Notes: generated from the letters alone by a model not told the origin. Positions 10,028 through 20,194 are shown, counted from the stretch's first letter. The stretch: DNA of 64,000 nt from Alphaproteobacteria bacterium (GCA_965225945.1 CBDDBZ010000035.1:64001-128000), one strand, 5' to 3'. Numbers and translations are program-made.

Positions 10028-11344
10028 ATGTTGACGGCGGCGGAGAACGCGTTTCTGACCCAAACCGGGGCGGAGACGGCGATGGGCCAATACTTCCGGC
10101 GCTTCTGGCAGCCAGCCGCCCTGGTCGAGGAGTTGGCGGCGCCGGACGGCCCGCCGCTCCGGGTGAAGCTGATGGGCGAGCGGCTGGTGGCCTTTCGCGA
10201 TAGTGTTGGCCGGGTCGGCTTGGTCGACGCCCGCTGCCCGCACCGGGGCGCCGATCTCTTCTGGGGCCGGAACGAGGACTGCGGCTTGCGCTGCGTCTAT
10301 CACGGCTGGAAGTTCGACGTCGCCGGCAAGGCGGTCGATCTGCCGAACGTGCTACCCGGCGCCCGCCACCACGATACGGTGAGGCTCCGGGCCTATCCGA
10401 CGCGGGAATACGGCGACATCGTTTGGGCCTATCTCGGGCCCCCGGCCGAATGCCTGTCGGGCGGACGCCTGCCGGAGGTGCCGGGGTTGGAGTTCGGCCG
10501 CATGACGCCGGCGCGCCGCCGCGTCTCCAAGCAATTGGTGGAGTGCAACTGGGCCCAGATCATGGAGGGCGGGCTCGACACCTCGCACTTTTCCTCCCTC
10601 CACATGCCAGCGCCGAACGTGCCGTCGGACGACAATCCCGACGCCCCGGCCGATGCCCGCCGTCTCGGCTGGATCCGCCGCGATTCCATGCCCAAATTCT
10701 CGCTGCTGGCGCATGAGGTCGGCTTCGTCGTCGGCGGTGCCCGAGCGGCCGATCCGGCGGAGACCTACTGGCGGATCACGCAATATTTGCTGCCGGCGCA
10801 CGGCACCGGGCCTTCGGCGATGCCGGGCGAGACCTATTACGGCTACACTTTGGCGCCGATCGACAACGAGGCCTGCTGGATGTTCACTTACGCCTGGAAC
10901 CCGGAGCGCGACATCGGAGCAGAGGAGCGGACCAAGATCGAGCGCGGTCACGGCATCGTGGCATCGGTCGACGAGAGTTATCGCCCGCTTGCCAACCGCG
11001 ACAACGATTTTCTGATCGATCGCGAGGCGCAGCGCCACCGGAGCTTCACCGGCGTACCGGGCCTCGCCGAACAGGACCTGATGATCCAGCAAAGCCAGGG
11101 CCGCATCGCCGACCGCGCGCGCGAGACCCTGACCGCGACGGATGGCGCCGTGGTCCGCTTCCGCCGCACGGTGATGTCGGCCGCCCGGGCGCTGGCGGAG
11201 AGCGGGGAAGAGCCGAGCGCGCCCTATTTGGCCGAGGCCTTCCGCACCCGACCCGGCAGTTGGGTCGCCGCCGAGGGCACCGATTTCGAGGCGGTGATGG
11301 TGGAGCGCTTCGGCGACCCCCTCGGCCGCGTCGCGGCGGAATGA
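10028..11344 (+). CDS. Rieske non-heme iron oxygenase, phthalate 4,5-dioxygenase-like alpha subunit
   Basis: Rieske CPHRGADL...CVYHGW; mononuclear Fe motif NW.Q.MEG.LD.SH...LH; QD...Q.SQG; GAGGAG RBS. Confidence 0.88.
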   Translation: MLTAAENAFLTQTGAETAMGQYFRRFWQPAALVEELAAPDGPPLRVKLMGERLVAFRDSVGRVGLVDARCPHRGADLFWGRNEDCGLRCVYHGWKFDVAGKAVDLPNVLPGARHHDTVRLRAYPTREYGDIVWAYLGPPAECLSGGRLPEVPGLEFGRMTPARRRVSKQLVECNWAQIMEGGLDTSHFSSLHMPAPNVPSDDNPDAPADARRLGWIRRDSMPKFSLLAHEVGFVVGGARAADPAETYWRITQYLLPAHGTGPSAMPGETYYGYTLAPIDNEACWMFTYAWNPERDIGAEERTKIERGHGIVASVDESYRPLANRDNDFLIDREAQRHRSFTGVPGLAEQDLMIQQSQGRIADRARETLTATDGAVVRFRRTVMSAARALAESGEEPSAPYLAEAFRTRPGSWVAAEGTDFEAVMVERFGDPLGRVAAE

Positions 11345-11429
11345 CGCCGCTGGGCATTGGGCTCGTCCGCCGCTGCGAGCCACCCGTGGGAGCCGTATTG
11401 CTGGGTGGATGGAAGGGAGAGCGGGGCGG

Positions 11430-11599
11430 CGCGCGGGGGCAACGGGTCGCGGAAGGCCAGCACGCGGTGGTCCTTGATGCCTGGTCGACCTCCGCCCAGG
11501 TCTCCGCGTCGATCGGCTCCGTCGCGTCGATGGCCACCACTTCCGCCAACAAGTCGTCTCCGAGCTCGCCTGCCTTGATTGCCCGCGCCGTCGCCTCAT
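11430..11599 (-). pseudogene. frameshifted N-terminal remnant of a TauD/TfdA-family dioxygenase
   Basis: after GGAG-ATG (11599), frames give IKAGELGDDLLAEVVAIDATEPIDAETWAEVDQ then IKDHRVLAFRD, matching the TauD N-terminus (GAEVxGxD...HxVLxFRDQ). Confidence 0.5.
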
Positions 11600-11608
11600 G
11601 ATCTCCAA

Positions 11609-12859
11609 CTATGGTCGCGCGACGCGGGGCGCGCGCGCAAGCAGGGCGATGACGGCACCGCCGAGCCCGAGTCCGCCGAGGCAGAGCAGCGACAAGGCAT
11701 AGTCGCCGGTCAGGTCGCGCAGCACGCCCGAAAGCAACGGCCCCGAGGCCTGGGCCAGCACCTGGATGGAGAGCGCGATGCCGCGGATGGCGCCGAAGCT
11801 GGCCCGGCCGAAGTAGTTCGCCCAGGCGAGCGGCAGCATGGTGATGAGGCCGGCGATACCGACACCGAAGAGCGCGGCGGAGAGGTAGGCCGAGCCCAGG
11901 CCGTCGATCTCGCGCATCGCCAGCGCGCTGAGCCCCAGCGCCAGGCCGGTCGCGACCAGCGCGAGGTTGAGCGGCAGACGCCTCGGCCAAAAGCCGTAGC
12001 CCAAGGCGACGAGCGCCGAGACGGCGGAAAAGGTGGCGACCACGCTCGCCGCGATGCTCGCGTCGAGCCCGCGCTCAATCAGGTGCGGTGCCTGGTGCAG
12101 GCTGACCCCCGCCTGCACCGGATAGACCGCCAAGGTGAAGAGGGCGAGCAGCCAGAAGGCTGGCGTTCGGAGCGCCTGGGCCCGGGTGAATGCGGGCTCC
12201 ACCACGGGCGCCCTGCCTTCGCCGGCGCGCCCGCTCTCCGGCGCCAGACCCAGATCCTCCGGCCGGCGGACCATCAGGAACCAGACCGGCGGCAGGCCGA
12301 CCAGCAGCACGGCGAAGCCGACGACCAGCCAACCGGTGCGCCAGCCGCCGCCCGAGATCGCCGCTTGCGCGATCAACGGCAGGGTGACCAGGCCCGCCAT
12401 CTGCGCCAGCGTCGCGATCGAGACGGCGCGCGCGCGACGGGCGACGAACCAGTTGGCGATGGCGCCGTGGATGGCGAGATCGAACGGCGCGGCGAAGTTC
12501 ATCCGCGCGAAGCAGAACAGCAGATAGAAGACGACCAGCGAGCCGGCCAGCGAGAGCAGCATCGTCGAGACCGCCGTCGCGAGCACGGCGAGGCACAGCA
12601 CCACCCTGGCGCCCTTGGCGTCGAGCCGGGGCCCGAGGAAGGGGGCGACCACGGCCGCCAGCACGCCGCCGAGCGAGACCGCGCCGGAGATCGCCGTCCG
12701 GGACCAGCCGAACTCGGCTGTCATCGGCTCGACGAAGATCGAGAGGGTGGCGACCGCCGGGGCCTGACGGGCGAAACCGGCGCAGCAGACCGTGGCGAGG
12801 ATCAGCCAGCCGTAGTGGAACGGCAGCCGGCGGGCGAGCCAGGACGCGAGGGGATGCAC
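11609..12859 (-). CDS. MFS transporter (OFA/MCT-like)
   Basis: FHYGW, FGWSRT, G.RLD.KG.R, W..FVARRARA, ANYFGR..FGAI.G; 12 hydrophobic segments. Confidence 0.88.
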   Translation of the reverse strand: MHPLASWLARRLPFHYGWLILATVCCAGFARQAPAVATLSIFVEPMTAEFGWSRTAISGAVSLGGVLAAVVAPFLGPRLDAKGARVVLCLAVLATAVSTMLLSLAGSLVVFYLLFCFARMNFAAPFDLAIHGAIANWFVARRARAVSIATLAQMAGLVTLPLIAQAAISGGGWRTGWLVVGFAVLLVGLPPVWFLMVRRPEDLGLAPESGRAGEGRAPVVEPAFTRAQALRTPAFWLLALFTLAVYPVQAGVSLHQAPHLIERGLDASIAASVVATFSAVSALVALGYGFWPRRLPLNLALVATGLALGLSALAMREIDGLGSAYLSAALFGVGIAGLITMLPLAWANYFGRASFGAIRGIALSIQVLAQASGPLLSGVLRDLTGDYALSLLCLGGLGLGGAVIALLARAPRVARP

Positions 12860-12899
12860 GGGCCGGCCGCCCGGCCGGGGACGCGCGGGCGGCCCCGGC

Positions 12900-13658
12900 T
12901 CAGAGACCGCCGGTGACGTCGATCGTGACGCCGGTGACGAAGTCCGCGTCCGAGGAGGCGAGGAAGCAGACGACGCGGGCCTGGTCGCTGGCTTCCGCCA
13001 AGCGGCGAAGCGGAATGCTCGCGATCTCGCCCGCCTGGTCCTCGGGGCTGCGCCGGTCCCATTGGGGGCGAATGCGCTCGGTCAGCGTGCGGCTGGGCGC
13101 GATGGCGTTGACGTTGATGCCGTGCGGGCCGAGCTCGAGTGAGAGCTTCTTGGTCAGCGCGATGATCCCGCCCTTGGCGGCGGCGTAGGCGGCGCTGGAG
13201 GTGGCACTGCGGCCGCGCCCGGCGATCGAGGCGATGTTGACGATTCTACCGCCGCCCTCCGCCTTCATCCCCGGCACCACGGCGTTGGTGAGGTTGAAGG
13301 TGCCGTCGAGGTTGAAGGCGACGATCCGCTGCCATTCCTCGGCCGTCAGCTCGTCGATGCCGGCGCCGGGGTTGGCGATGATGGTGCTGCCGCCGACGGC
13401 GTTCACCAGAATATCGATGTGGCCGTGCGCGGCCTCGGCCTCGGCCACGACGGTGCCCACCGCCTCGCCGTCGAGGGCGTCGACGTGGCGCGGCACCACC
13501 GCCTCGCCCAGCGCCGCCACCATGTCGTCGAGGCGGGCGGGATCGTTGTCGACGGCGATCACCCGGCCGCCCTCGGCCGCGATAATGTCGGCGCTGGCCC
13601 GCCCGATCCCGCTGCCCGCCGCGGTGATCAAGGCTATCTTGTCCTGGAAACGCGTCAT
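12900..13658 (-). CDS. short-chain dehydrogenase/reductase
   Basis: TAAGSGIG, DILVN, NIAS, YAAAK catalytic motif, INVNAIAP, V.GG end. Confidence 0.92.
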   Translation of the reverse strand: MTRFQDKIALITAAGSGIGRASADIIAAEGGRVIAVDNDPARLDDMVAALGEAVVPRHVDALDGEAVGTVVAEAEAAHGHIDILVNAVGGSTIIANPGAGIDELTAEEWQRIVAFNLDGTFNLTNAVVPGMKAEGGGRIVNIASIAGRGRSATSSAAYAAAKGGIIALTKKLSLELGPHGINVNAIAPSRTLTERIRPQWDRRSPEDQAGEIASIPLRRLAEASDQARVVCFLASSDADFVTGVTIDVTGGL

Positions 13659-13686
13659 GCTCGCCCCACCGTTATCCGTTGATTTC

Positions 13687-13823
13687 CTAGAGCAGCATCC
13701 GCCGGTTGGAATCGCTTTCAGCGATCCAACTGGCGGATAAAGCTGCTCTATCTACTTGAAGAATAGAGCAATATCCGAACGGATTGAACCGCACCGGTTC
13801 AATCCGTTCGGATATTGCTCTAG
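13687..13823. repeat. RIME/CIR-like double-hairpin intergenic element
   Basis: CTAG ends; hairpin 1 TAGAGC...GCTCTA 13688-13750; hairpin 2 13764-13822 has a perfect 28-bp stem and 3-nt loop. Confidence 0.8.
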
Positions 13824-13951
13824 GGCCCGATCTTGCCAGACCGCCCGGGCGCCGTCGATCCGGCCCCGCAGGCTTGCGACCCGGCGCTTGCGGCGGCGAG
13901 GGGGTTTCGAACAGACTGCCGACCCCTGTCCACGCTTCGGAGTTTCCGCCC

Positions 13952-15139
13952 ATGGCGCTCAGCGGCATTCGCGTGATCGACCTGACCCGGATTCTGGCCG
14001 GCCCCTTCTGCTCCATGCTGCTGGCCGACATGGGGGCCGACGTGATCAAGATCGAAGCCCCCGGCGCCGGCGATCCGGTCCGCCGACAAGGGGCTATCAA
14101 GCATGGGTTCAGTTGGTACTTCGCGCAGTTCAATCGCAACAAGCGCTCGCTGACACTGGACTTGCGCTCAGCAGCCGGCAAGGCGGTGCTGGCGGACCTG
14201 ATCGCGGGCGCCGACGTGCTGGTGGAGAACTACCGCCCCGGCGTGCTGGACGAGATGGGCTTCGATTCGGCGCGGCTCCAGGCCCTGAACCCCGACCTGG
14301 TGGCGACCAGCGTCAACGGCTTCGGCTCGAGCGGACCCTATCGCGACCGCCCCGCCTTCGATTTCATCGCCCAGGCGATGAGCGGCTTCATGTCGGTGAA
14401 CGGGCGCGAGGGCGAGGCGCCGATCCGCGCGGCACCGCCGCTGAGCGACCTGATCGCCGGGCTCTATGCCGCCTTCGGCACGGTCTCGGCGCTCCTGGCC
14501 CGGGGCCGCCTCGGCCAGGGCCAAGCCGGCCAGCGGGTCGAGGCGAGCCTCACCAACGGTCTCGTCTCCATGATGGCCTACCTCTCGGCCGAATGTCTGG
14601 CGACGGGCGAATTGCCGAAGCGGACCGGCAACGACCACCCGATCATGTCGCCCTACGGACTCTACCGCGCCGCCGACGGGGAGATCGCGGTCGCCGCCAG
14701 CCACGACGGCATCGTCCAGCGCTTCCTCGCGGCCCTCGGCCTCGAACACCTGCTGGAGCGGCCGGAGTTCGCGAACAACGATGTCCGCATGGCGAACCGC
14801 CGGGCGATCGACGCCCATATCGAGGCCCGGGTGGGCGAGGACACGGTCGAGGCCTGGATCGAGCGGCTGAACGCCGCCGGCGTTCCCTGCGGGCGGGTGC
14901 AGACCCTGAACGAGGTCTTCGCCGATCCCCAGATCCGGGCCCAGGAGATGGTGCTGGAGGTCGACCACCCGGGCCGGGGGCCGATCGCCATGACCGGCTT
15001 TCCGGTGAAGCTCGACGCCACCCCCTGCAAAATCCGCCGCCCGGCGCCTGAACTCGGCGGCCAGACGGAAGAGATCCTGGCCGAACTCGGCTACGATGCG
15101 GAACGGATCGGCGCGCTGCGCGCACGCGGTATCGCCTGA
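13952..15139 (+). CDS. CaiB/BaiF family (class III) CoA transferase
   Basis: LSGIRVIDLTRILAGP, GADVIKIE, NRNKRS, ENYRPG, PLSDLIAG. Confidence 0.92.
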   Translation: MALSGIRVIDLTRILAGPFCSMLLADMGADVIKIEAPGAGDPVRRQGAIKHGFSWYFAQFNRNKRSLTLDLRSAAGKAVLADLIAGADVLVENYRPGVLDEMGFDSARLQALNPDLVATSVNGFGSSGPYRDRPAFDFIAQAMSGFMSVNGREGEAPIRAAPPLSDLIAGLYAAFGTVSALLARGRLGQGQAGQRVEASLTNGLVSMMAYLSAECLATGELPKRTGNDHPIMSPYGLYRAADGEIAVAASHDGIVQRFLAALGLEHLLERPEFANNDVRMANRRAIDAHIEARVGEDTVEAWIERLNAAGVPCGRVQTLNEVFADPQIRAQEMVLEVDHPGRGPIAMTGFPVKLDATPCKIRRPAPELGGQTEEILAELGYDAERIGALRARGIA

Positions 15140-15163
15140 AGTGTCCGACCAGCGAGGCAACCC

Positions 15164-15796
15164 ATGACGATCACGATTCGCCTCTACACCGACTACAAGA
15201 GCCCCTACGCCTATCTGGTCAAGGATCTGGCCTACGCGCTCGAGGACGGGCGCGACGTCGCGCTCGACTGGCGGCCTTACACCCTCGACATCCCGGACAT
15301 TCTCGGCAGCGCCGAGGTCGACGGCGAGGGCAAGGTGGTCGCCGAGACGCGCACGGCGCACCAGTGGCGCCGCGTCAGATATTCCTACATGGACGCTAGG
15401 CGCCATGCCAATTTGCGCGGCCTCACCATTCGTGGCCCGCGGAAGATCTGGGATTCCTCGCTCGCGGCGATCGGCCTGCTCTGGGCCAAACCGGCCGGGC
15501 GCGAGGCGATGCGGCGCTATCACGACATCACCTTCGAACGTTTCTGGCGCCGCGAGCTCGACATCGAGGACATCGCCGTGGTCGAGGCGGTGCTGGCCGA
15601 GGCGGGGATCGAGGGCACCGGCTTCGCCGCGTGGGCCCGAGGCGAGGGCCGGGCGCACCACGTTGCCATCCGCGCCGAGGCGGAGGAGAGCGGCGTCTTC
15701 GGCGTGCCGAGCTTCGTCGTCGAGGGCGAATTGTTCTGGGGGCGCGAGCATCTGGCACTGATCGCCGATCGCCTCGACGCGCTCGGCGTCGGCTGA
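15164..15796 (+). CDS. DsbA/2-hydroxychromene-2-carboxylate isomerase (kappa-GST-like) family protein
   Basis: YTDYKSPYAYL, GVFGVPSFVV.GELFWGREHL. Confidence 0.85.
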   Translation: MTITIRLYTDYKSPYAYLVKDLAYALEDGRDVALDWRPYTLDIPDILGSAEVDGEGKVVAETRTAHQWRRVRYSYMDARRHANLRGLTIRGPRKIWDSSLAAIGLLWAKPAGREAMRRYHDITFERFWRRELDIEDIAVVEAVLAEAGIEGTGFAAWARGEGRAHHVAIRAEAEESGVFGVPSFVVEGELFWGREHLALIADRLDALGVG

Positions 15797-15914
15797 AAAC
15801 CGCGCTTTCGCGGACCTCACGAGCCGGCACCGTCGCGGTATAACCGGCACTTGTTTGGCGAATGTCCGATCGGACCGGTGATCCGTGCGGATTGGGCGCG
15901 TGTCGACCGGCCCC

Positions 15915-17423
15915 TCACCGTCCCGGGCGTTTGAAAAGAAAGACCAGCGGGATCGCCGCCAAGGTAACGACGGCGAGGAAGACGAAATCGTTCAGGAAGG
16001 CGATGGTCAGCGCCTCCGAGGACACCAGGTTCCTGAGCGCCAAGAGACCCTGGGCACTATCGGTATCGAATATTGTCGCCTGACCGGCGCGGGCCAGGTT
16101 CTGGTTGAAGTCGTGCACATGGTCCCGCAGCACGATGTAGTTCACCTGCGCCGAGCGGACCATGATGGCGACGATCACCGAGGTTCCCATGCTGGCGCCG
16201 ATCGCGCGCACCAGCGAAAACAGCGCCGCCGCCTCGACCCGGAACGCCGGCGCCAGGGTCGAGAAGGTGACCGTGGTCAGCACGACCCACATCATGCCCA
16301 TGCCGAAGCCGTTGACGATGGTGATCCAGATCACCTCGGTCATGGAGACGTGCGCGGTCCAGCCGGTCATCCACAGGTTCGACAGGCCGACGCAGGCGAG
16401 GCTGGCCAGGATCAGATGCTTGGGCGGAACCCGGTCGGCGAGAAAACCGCTCGCCATCATCGCCACCATCGTGCCCACGCCCCGCGCCGAGATCACCCAG
16501 CCGGCCGACAGCACCGGATAGCCCTGCACGTTCTGCAGGAAGAGCGGCAGGACGAAGAGGCTGGAAAACACGGCGATGCCGAAGACGAAGATCAGCGAGA
16601 GGCCGATCACGAAGTTGCGGTCGCGGAACACCACCAGATTGAGGTAGGGCTCGCGCGCCGTCAGGCAGTGGACCACGAAGATGTGGAAGGCGATCGCCGC
16701 CACGCCGGCCTCGAGGATGATTTCCGGCGATTCGAACCAGTTCTCGCCCTGCCCCCGGTCGAGCATCAGTTGCAGCGAGCAGACCGCGACGATGAGCGCG
16801 ACGACCCCCAGCCAATCCAGCGAGCGGGGCGAGGGCGGTGGCCTCGGCAGGGTCAGGAAGACGGCGGCGAAGGCGACCAGGCCCAGCGGAATGTTGATCA
16901 CGAAGAGGTAGCGCCAGCCGTACCACTCGGTCAGCAGCGCGCCGAGCGTCGGCCCCAGAACCGGGCCCAGGATCATCCCCATCGACCAGATGCTCATGGC
17001 GAAGCCGTGGCTCGCGCGGGGATAGGTGTCGAGCATGACGGTCTGGCTGAGCGGCATCAGCGGCGCGCTGACCAAGCCCTGCAGCGCGCGGAACGCCACC
17101 AGCCATTCCAGGTTCGGGGCGCCGACGCAGAGCGCCGAGGTGACGGTGAAGCCCAGGATCGAGCCGAGGAAGACGAAGCGCCGGCCGAGCCGCTGGCTGA
17201 GCCAACCGGTCAGGATCGTTCCGACCGCCGTTGCCACCACGAAGGCGGTGATGATCCAGCCGATCTGGTCCGGCGTCGCCGAGAGATTACCCTGGATGGA
17301 GGGGAGCGCGACATAGGCCGTGCTCATGTTGATCGAGTGCAGCAGCGAGGCCAGCAACACGGGCACGGTGATGACGATGCGCTGGGCGCGGGTGAACGGA
17401 CCGGTGGCCGAAATCGTCTTCAT
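15915..17423 (-). CDS. DHA2 (EmrB/QacA) MFS efflux permease
   Basis: NMSTAYVALPSIQGNL, FRALQG, GPVLGPTLG, LQLMLDRG...NWFES; 14-TM pattern. Confidence 0.9.
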   Translation of the reverse strand: MKTISATGPFTRAQRIVITVPVLLASLLHSINMSTAYVALPSIQGNLSATPDQIGWIITAFVVATAVGTILTGWLSQRLGRRFVFLGSILGFTVTSALCVGAPNLEWLVAFRALQGLVSAPLMPLSQTVMLDTYPRASHGFAMSIWSMGMILGPVLGPTLGALLTEWYGWRYLFVINIPLGLVAFAAVFLTLPRPPPSPRSLDWLGVVALIVAVCSLQLMLDRGQGENWFESPEIILEAGVAAIAFHIFVVHCLTAREPYLNLVVFRDRNFVIGLSLIFVFGIAVFSSLFVLPLFLQNVQGYPVLSAGWVISARGVGTMVAMMASGFLADRVPPKHLILASLACVGLSNLWMTGWTAHVSMTEVIWITIVNGFGMGMMWVVLTTVTFSTLAPAFRVEAAALFSLVRAIGASMGTSVIVAIMVRSAQVNYIVLRDHVHDFNQNLARAGQATIFDTDSAQGLLALRNLVSSEALTIAFLNDFVFLAVVTLAAIPLVFLFKRPGR

Positions 17424-17594
17424 CTGTGCCGCCGGTCGGGCCTCCGCCTCCGAGTCGGATGATCCATAGCATCATCCGCGTGCCGCCGTTTCGCCCGCTC
17501 GGTGTCTGACCGCAAAGCCGCTATAAATGGCGACGATGGCGAAATCGAACGCCTCGCCGTGACCAATTCGGGCGCCTCGCGACGAAAGCGGCGG

Positions 17595-18800
17595 TCAGGC
17601 GAGCGGCTTGAACTGCTTGGAGAGTCGCAGGCCCTGGCGCTGGTAGTTGGAGCCGATTGCGGGACCGTAGATCTTGTCCGCCACCTCGGTCAGCCGTTCG
17701 TAGACCAGTCGCGCGACGATCTGGCCGTGTTCCAGCATGAAGGGGACCTCGCGGCTGCGGATCTCCAGCACCGCCCGAGCGCCCGAGCCGGAGGCGCCCG
17801 CGTGACCGAAGCCCGGATCGAAGAAACCCGCGTAATGCACCCGAAATTCCCCCACCAGGGGATTGAAGGGCAGCATCTCCGCCGCGTAATCCGGCGGCAC
17901 CGTCACCGCCTCGCGCGAGGCCAGGATGTAGAAAGCGTCCGGATCCAGGATCAGCCGCGAATCGCGCCCACGCGCGATCGGCTCCCAGAATTCCAGCGGC
18001 TCGTAATGGCCGACCGCGCGAAGGTCGATCAGGCCGGTGTGGCGGCGCGCCCGGTAGCCGATGACGGGAGCACCCTCGTCTCCCTCGAGGTCGATGCTGA
18101 CGGCGATGCCGTGGTCGATGTTGGCATTCTCGCCATGCCTGTCGTGCACCAGGGTCACCTGCTCCTGCAACCGCTCGAGATTGGTGTCGGAGGTTCGCGG
18201 GCTGCCGCGGCGCACCCGAAGCTGGCTCAGCGTGTCGCCCTCGCGCGCCAGAATCGAGAAGGTGCGCGGCGCGATCTCGGCGTAGAGCGGTCCGGCGTGA
18301 CCAGCCTCGATGCGGTCGAAGGCGTCCGCCCCGTCGACGATCAATCGGGTGAAGACGTCGAGCCGGCCGGAACTGCTCTTCGGGTTGGCGAAGCCGGTCA
18401 TGCGGTAGCCGAGGCGGAGATGCTCCAACAGCGGCACGATATAGACACAGCCCCGCTCCAGCACCGCGCCGGCGGCGAGGTCGATCTCGTGCATGCCCAG
18501 ATCGTCGATCATGTCGGGCACCCGGTTGCCCGGGCCCGGCAGGAAGCTCGCGCGGACGCGGAAGGCTGTGGGCCCGAGCCGGAGGTCGAGGCTCGCCGGT
18601 TGGATCTGGGCTTCCCCGATCTCGCTCTGGGCGGCGATCTCGCCGCTTCGGATCAGCTCGCGCAGATGCTGGGCCGGCAGAATGCCGGTCGAATGGCGTG
18701 CCTCGGGCACGCCTTCGTTGGCGCGCGCGGTGGGCGCCTCCTCGGGAAAGAGCCCGAACGAAGGCTCGCGCCGGATCGTTGAGGAGGTTGGAGGTGGCAT
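17595..18800 (-). CDS. dcd: dCTP deaminase (alphaproteobacterial two-domain type)
   Basis: QIQPASLDLRLG, ANPKSSSGRLDVFTR, GEFRVHYAGFFDPGFG, SNYQ.QGL.LSK.F; exact start uncertain. Confidence 0.9.
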   Translation of the reverse strand: MPPPTSSTIRREPSFGLFPEEAPTARANEGVPEARHSTGILPAQHLRELIRSGEIAAQSEIGEAQIQPASLDLRLGPTAFRVRASFLPGPGNRVPDMIDDLGMHEIDLAAGAVLERGCVYIVPLLEHLRLGYRMTGFANPKSSSGRLDVFTRLIVDGADAFDRIEAGHAGPLYAEIAPRTFSILAREGDTLSQLRVRRGSPRTSDTNLERLQEQVTLVHDRHGENANIDHGIAVSIDLEGDEGAPVIGYRARRHTGLIDLRAVGHYEPLEFWEPIARGRDSRLILDPDAFYILASREAVTVPPDYAAEMLPFNPLVGEFRVHYAGFFDPGFGHAGASGSGARAVLEIRSREVPFMLEHGQIVARLVYERLTEVADKIYGPAIGSNYQRQGLRLSKQFKPLA

Positions 18801-18860
18801 CTGTTTCGCCTCGATAGATGGACCTTTCGAAGTTGCGAGTTTACGATGATTATCTTTTGA

Positions 18861-18873
18861 TTTCAATGGCTTG
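18861..18873 (+). promoter_or_regulatory. IHF-consensus-like site in divergent promoter
   Basis: TTTCAATGGCTTG differs by one base from WATCAANNNNTTR and follows an AT-rich tract. Confidence 0.35.
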
Positions 18874-19053
18874 TCCGATTTCATCCATCCCGATCCATGC
18901 ACAGGCGGGCGACGATGTCGCCTCCGGCATTATCCCTGCCCGATCATAGCGCTCGCCAAACGACACACCCAATCCCCGGGATTATCCCTCGTTCCTCCAC
19001 AGGGCGCGGCCGGCTATGCTCGCGAGGACCACCAACCACCGGGAGCTTGCGGT

Positions 19054-20187
19054 ATGATCATCTTGCCTATCCGGGATGTCCGCACCACCTTGCTGCGCAC
19101 GCCGTTCACGGGGGACGATCCGCCGCGCTGGAGCCATGACTACGACCGGCCGCGCGAACCCGTCCGCGCCTGGTGGTGGTGGAGATCGAGACCGCCTCGG
19201 GCATTACCGGCATGGGCTATCTAATGCCGCTCGGCGGCGGCATGACGACGATCCGCGCCTGCCTGGAAGAGATGATCGTGCCGCGCCTGATCGGTCGCGA
19301 TGCCACCGCCATCGAGGCGATTTGGCGGGACCTGGGCTATCTAATGCCGCTGTGGCAGGCCACCTACTGGGTCGGGCGGATGGCAGGGGGTGACGCTCTT
19401 CGCCCTCTCCGCCGTCGACATCGCGCTCTGGGACGCGCTGGGCAAGAAGGCGGGCCTGCCGCTGCACCGGCTTTGGGGCCACTTTGCCAGCGAGATCCCC
19501 TGCTACGGCAGCGGCTGCTGGCGCGGCCTCGGCTCGGAGGGGATGATCGAGAAGGCCAAGGCGTACGTCGAGGCCGGCTTCGACGCCATCAAGATGCAGG
19601 CCGGCCACATGTACGACGACCGCACGGACGTCCGCCACGTCGCCGAGATGCGCGCGGCGCTCGGCGAGGACGTCCGCATCCTGGTCGACGTCAACATGGG
19701 CTGGACGGCGGACCAGGCGATCGCCGTCGGCCGCAAGTTCGAGGATTACGACGTCTATTGGCTGGAGGAGCCGGTGCCGGCGGAGGACTTCAAGGGCTAT
19801 CTCCGGATCGCCGATGCCCTCGACCTCCGCGTCGTCGGCGCCGAGAGCCACTTCACCCGCTACGACATCCGACCCTTCCTGGAGCATCCGAAGCTGCCGA
19901 TCCTGCAGCCCGATCCGATGCGCGGCGGGCTCACCGAGATGCGCAAGATCGCGACCCTGGCGGACACCTGGGGGATGCGGATCGCGCCACATCTATTCCC
20001 CGAGCTGATGGTCCACCTCATGGCCTCGATCCCCAACGGCGAGCTGTTGGAATACGTCGACTTCCTGGACGACCTCTGGGTCGAGCCCCTGTTGCCGGAG
20101 AACGGCATGGTGGTGGCGCCGGAGCGTCCCGGCCACGGCCTCGTCTTCAAGCCGGAGGTGCTGCGCGATTGCACCGTCGAGGCATAG
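19054..20187 (+). pseudogene. mandelate racemase/muconate lactonizing enzyme family gene, interrupted by insertions
   Basis: VEIET..GITG.G, SAVDIALWD..GK, KMQAG, VD.N, WLEEP, GAES motifs; split across frames by insertions near 19159, 19335 and 19383. Confidence 0.85.
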
Positions 20188-20194
20188 AGGTAAC

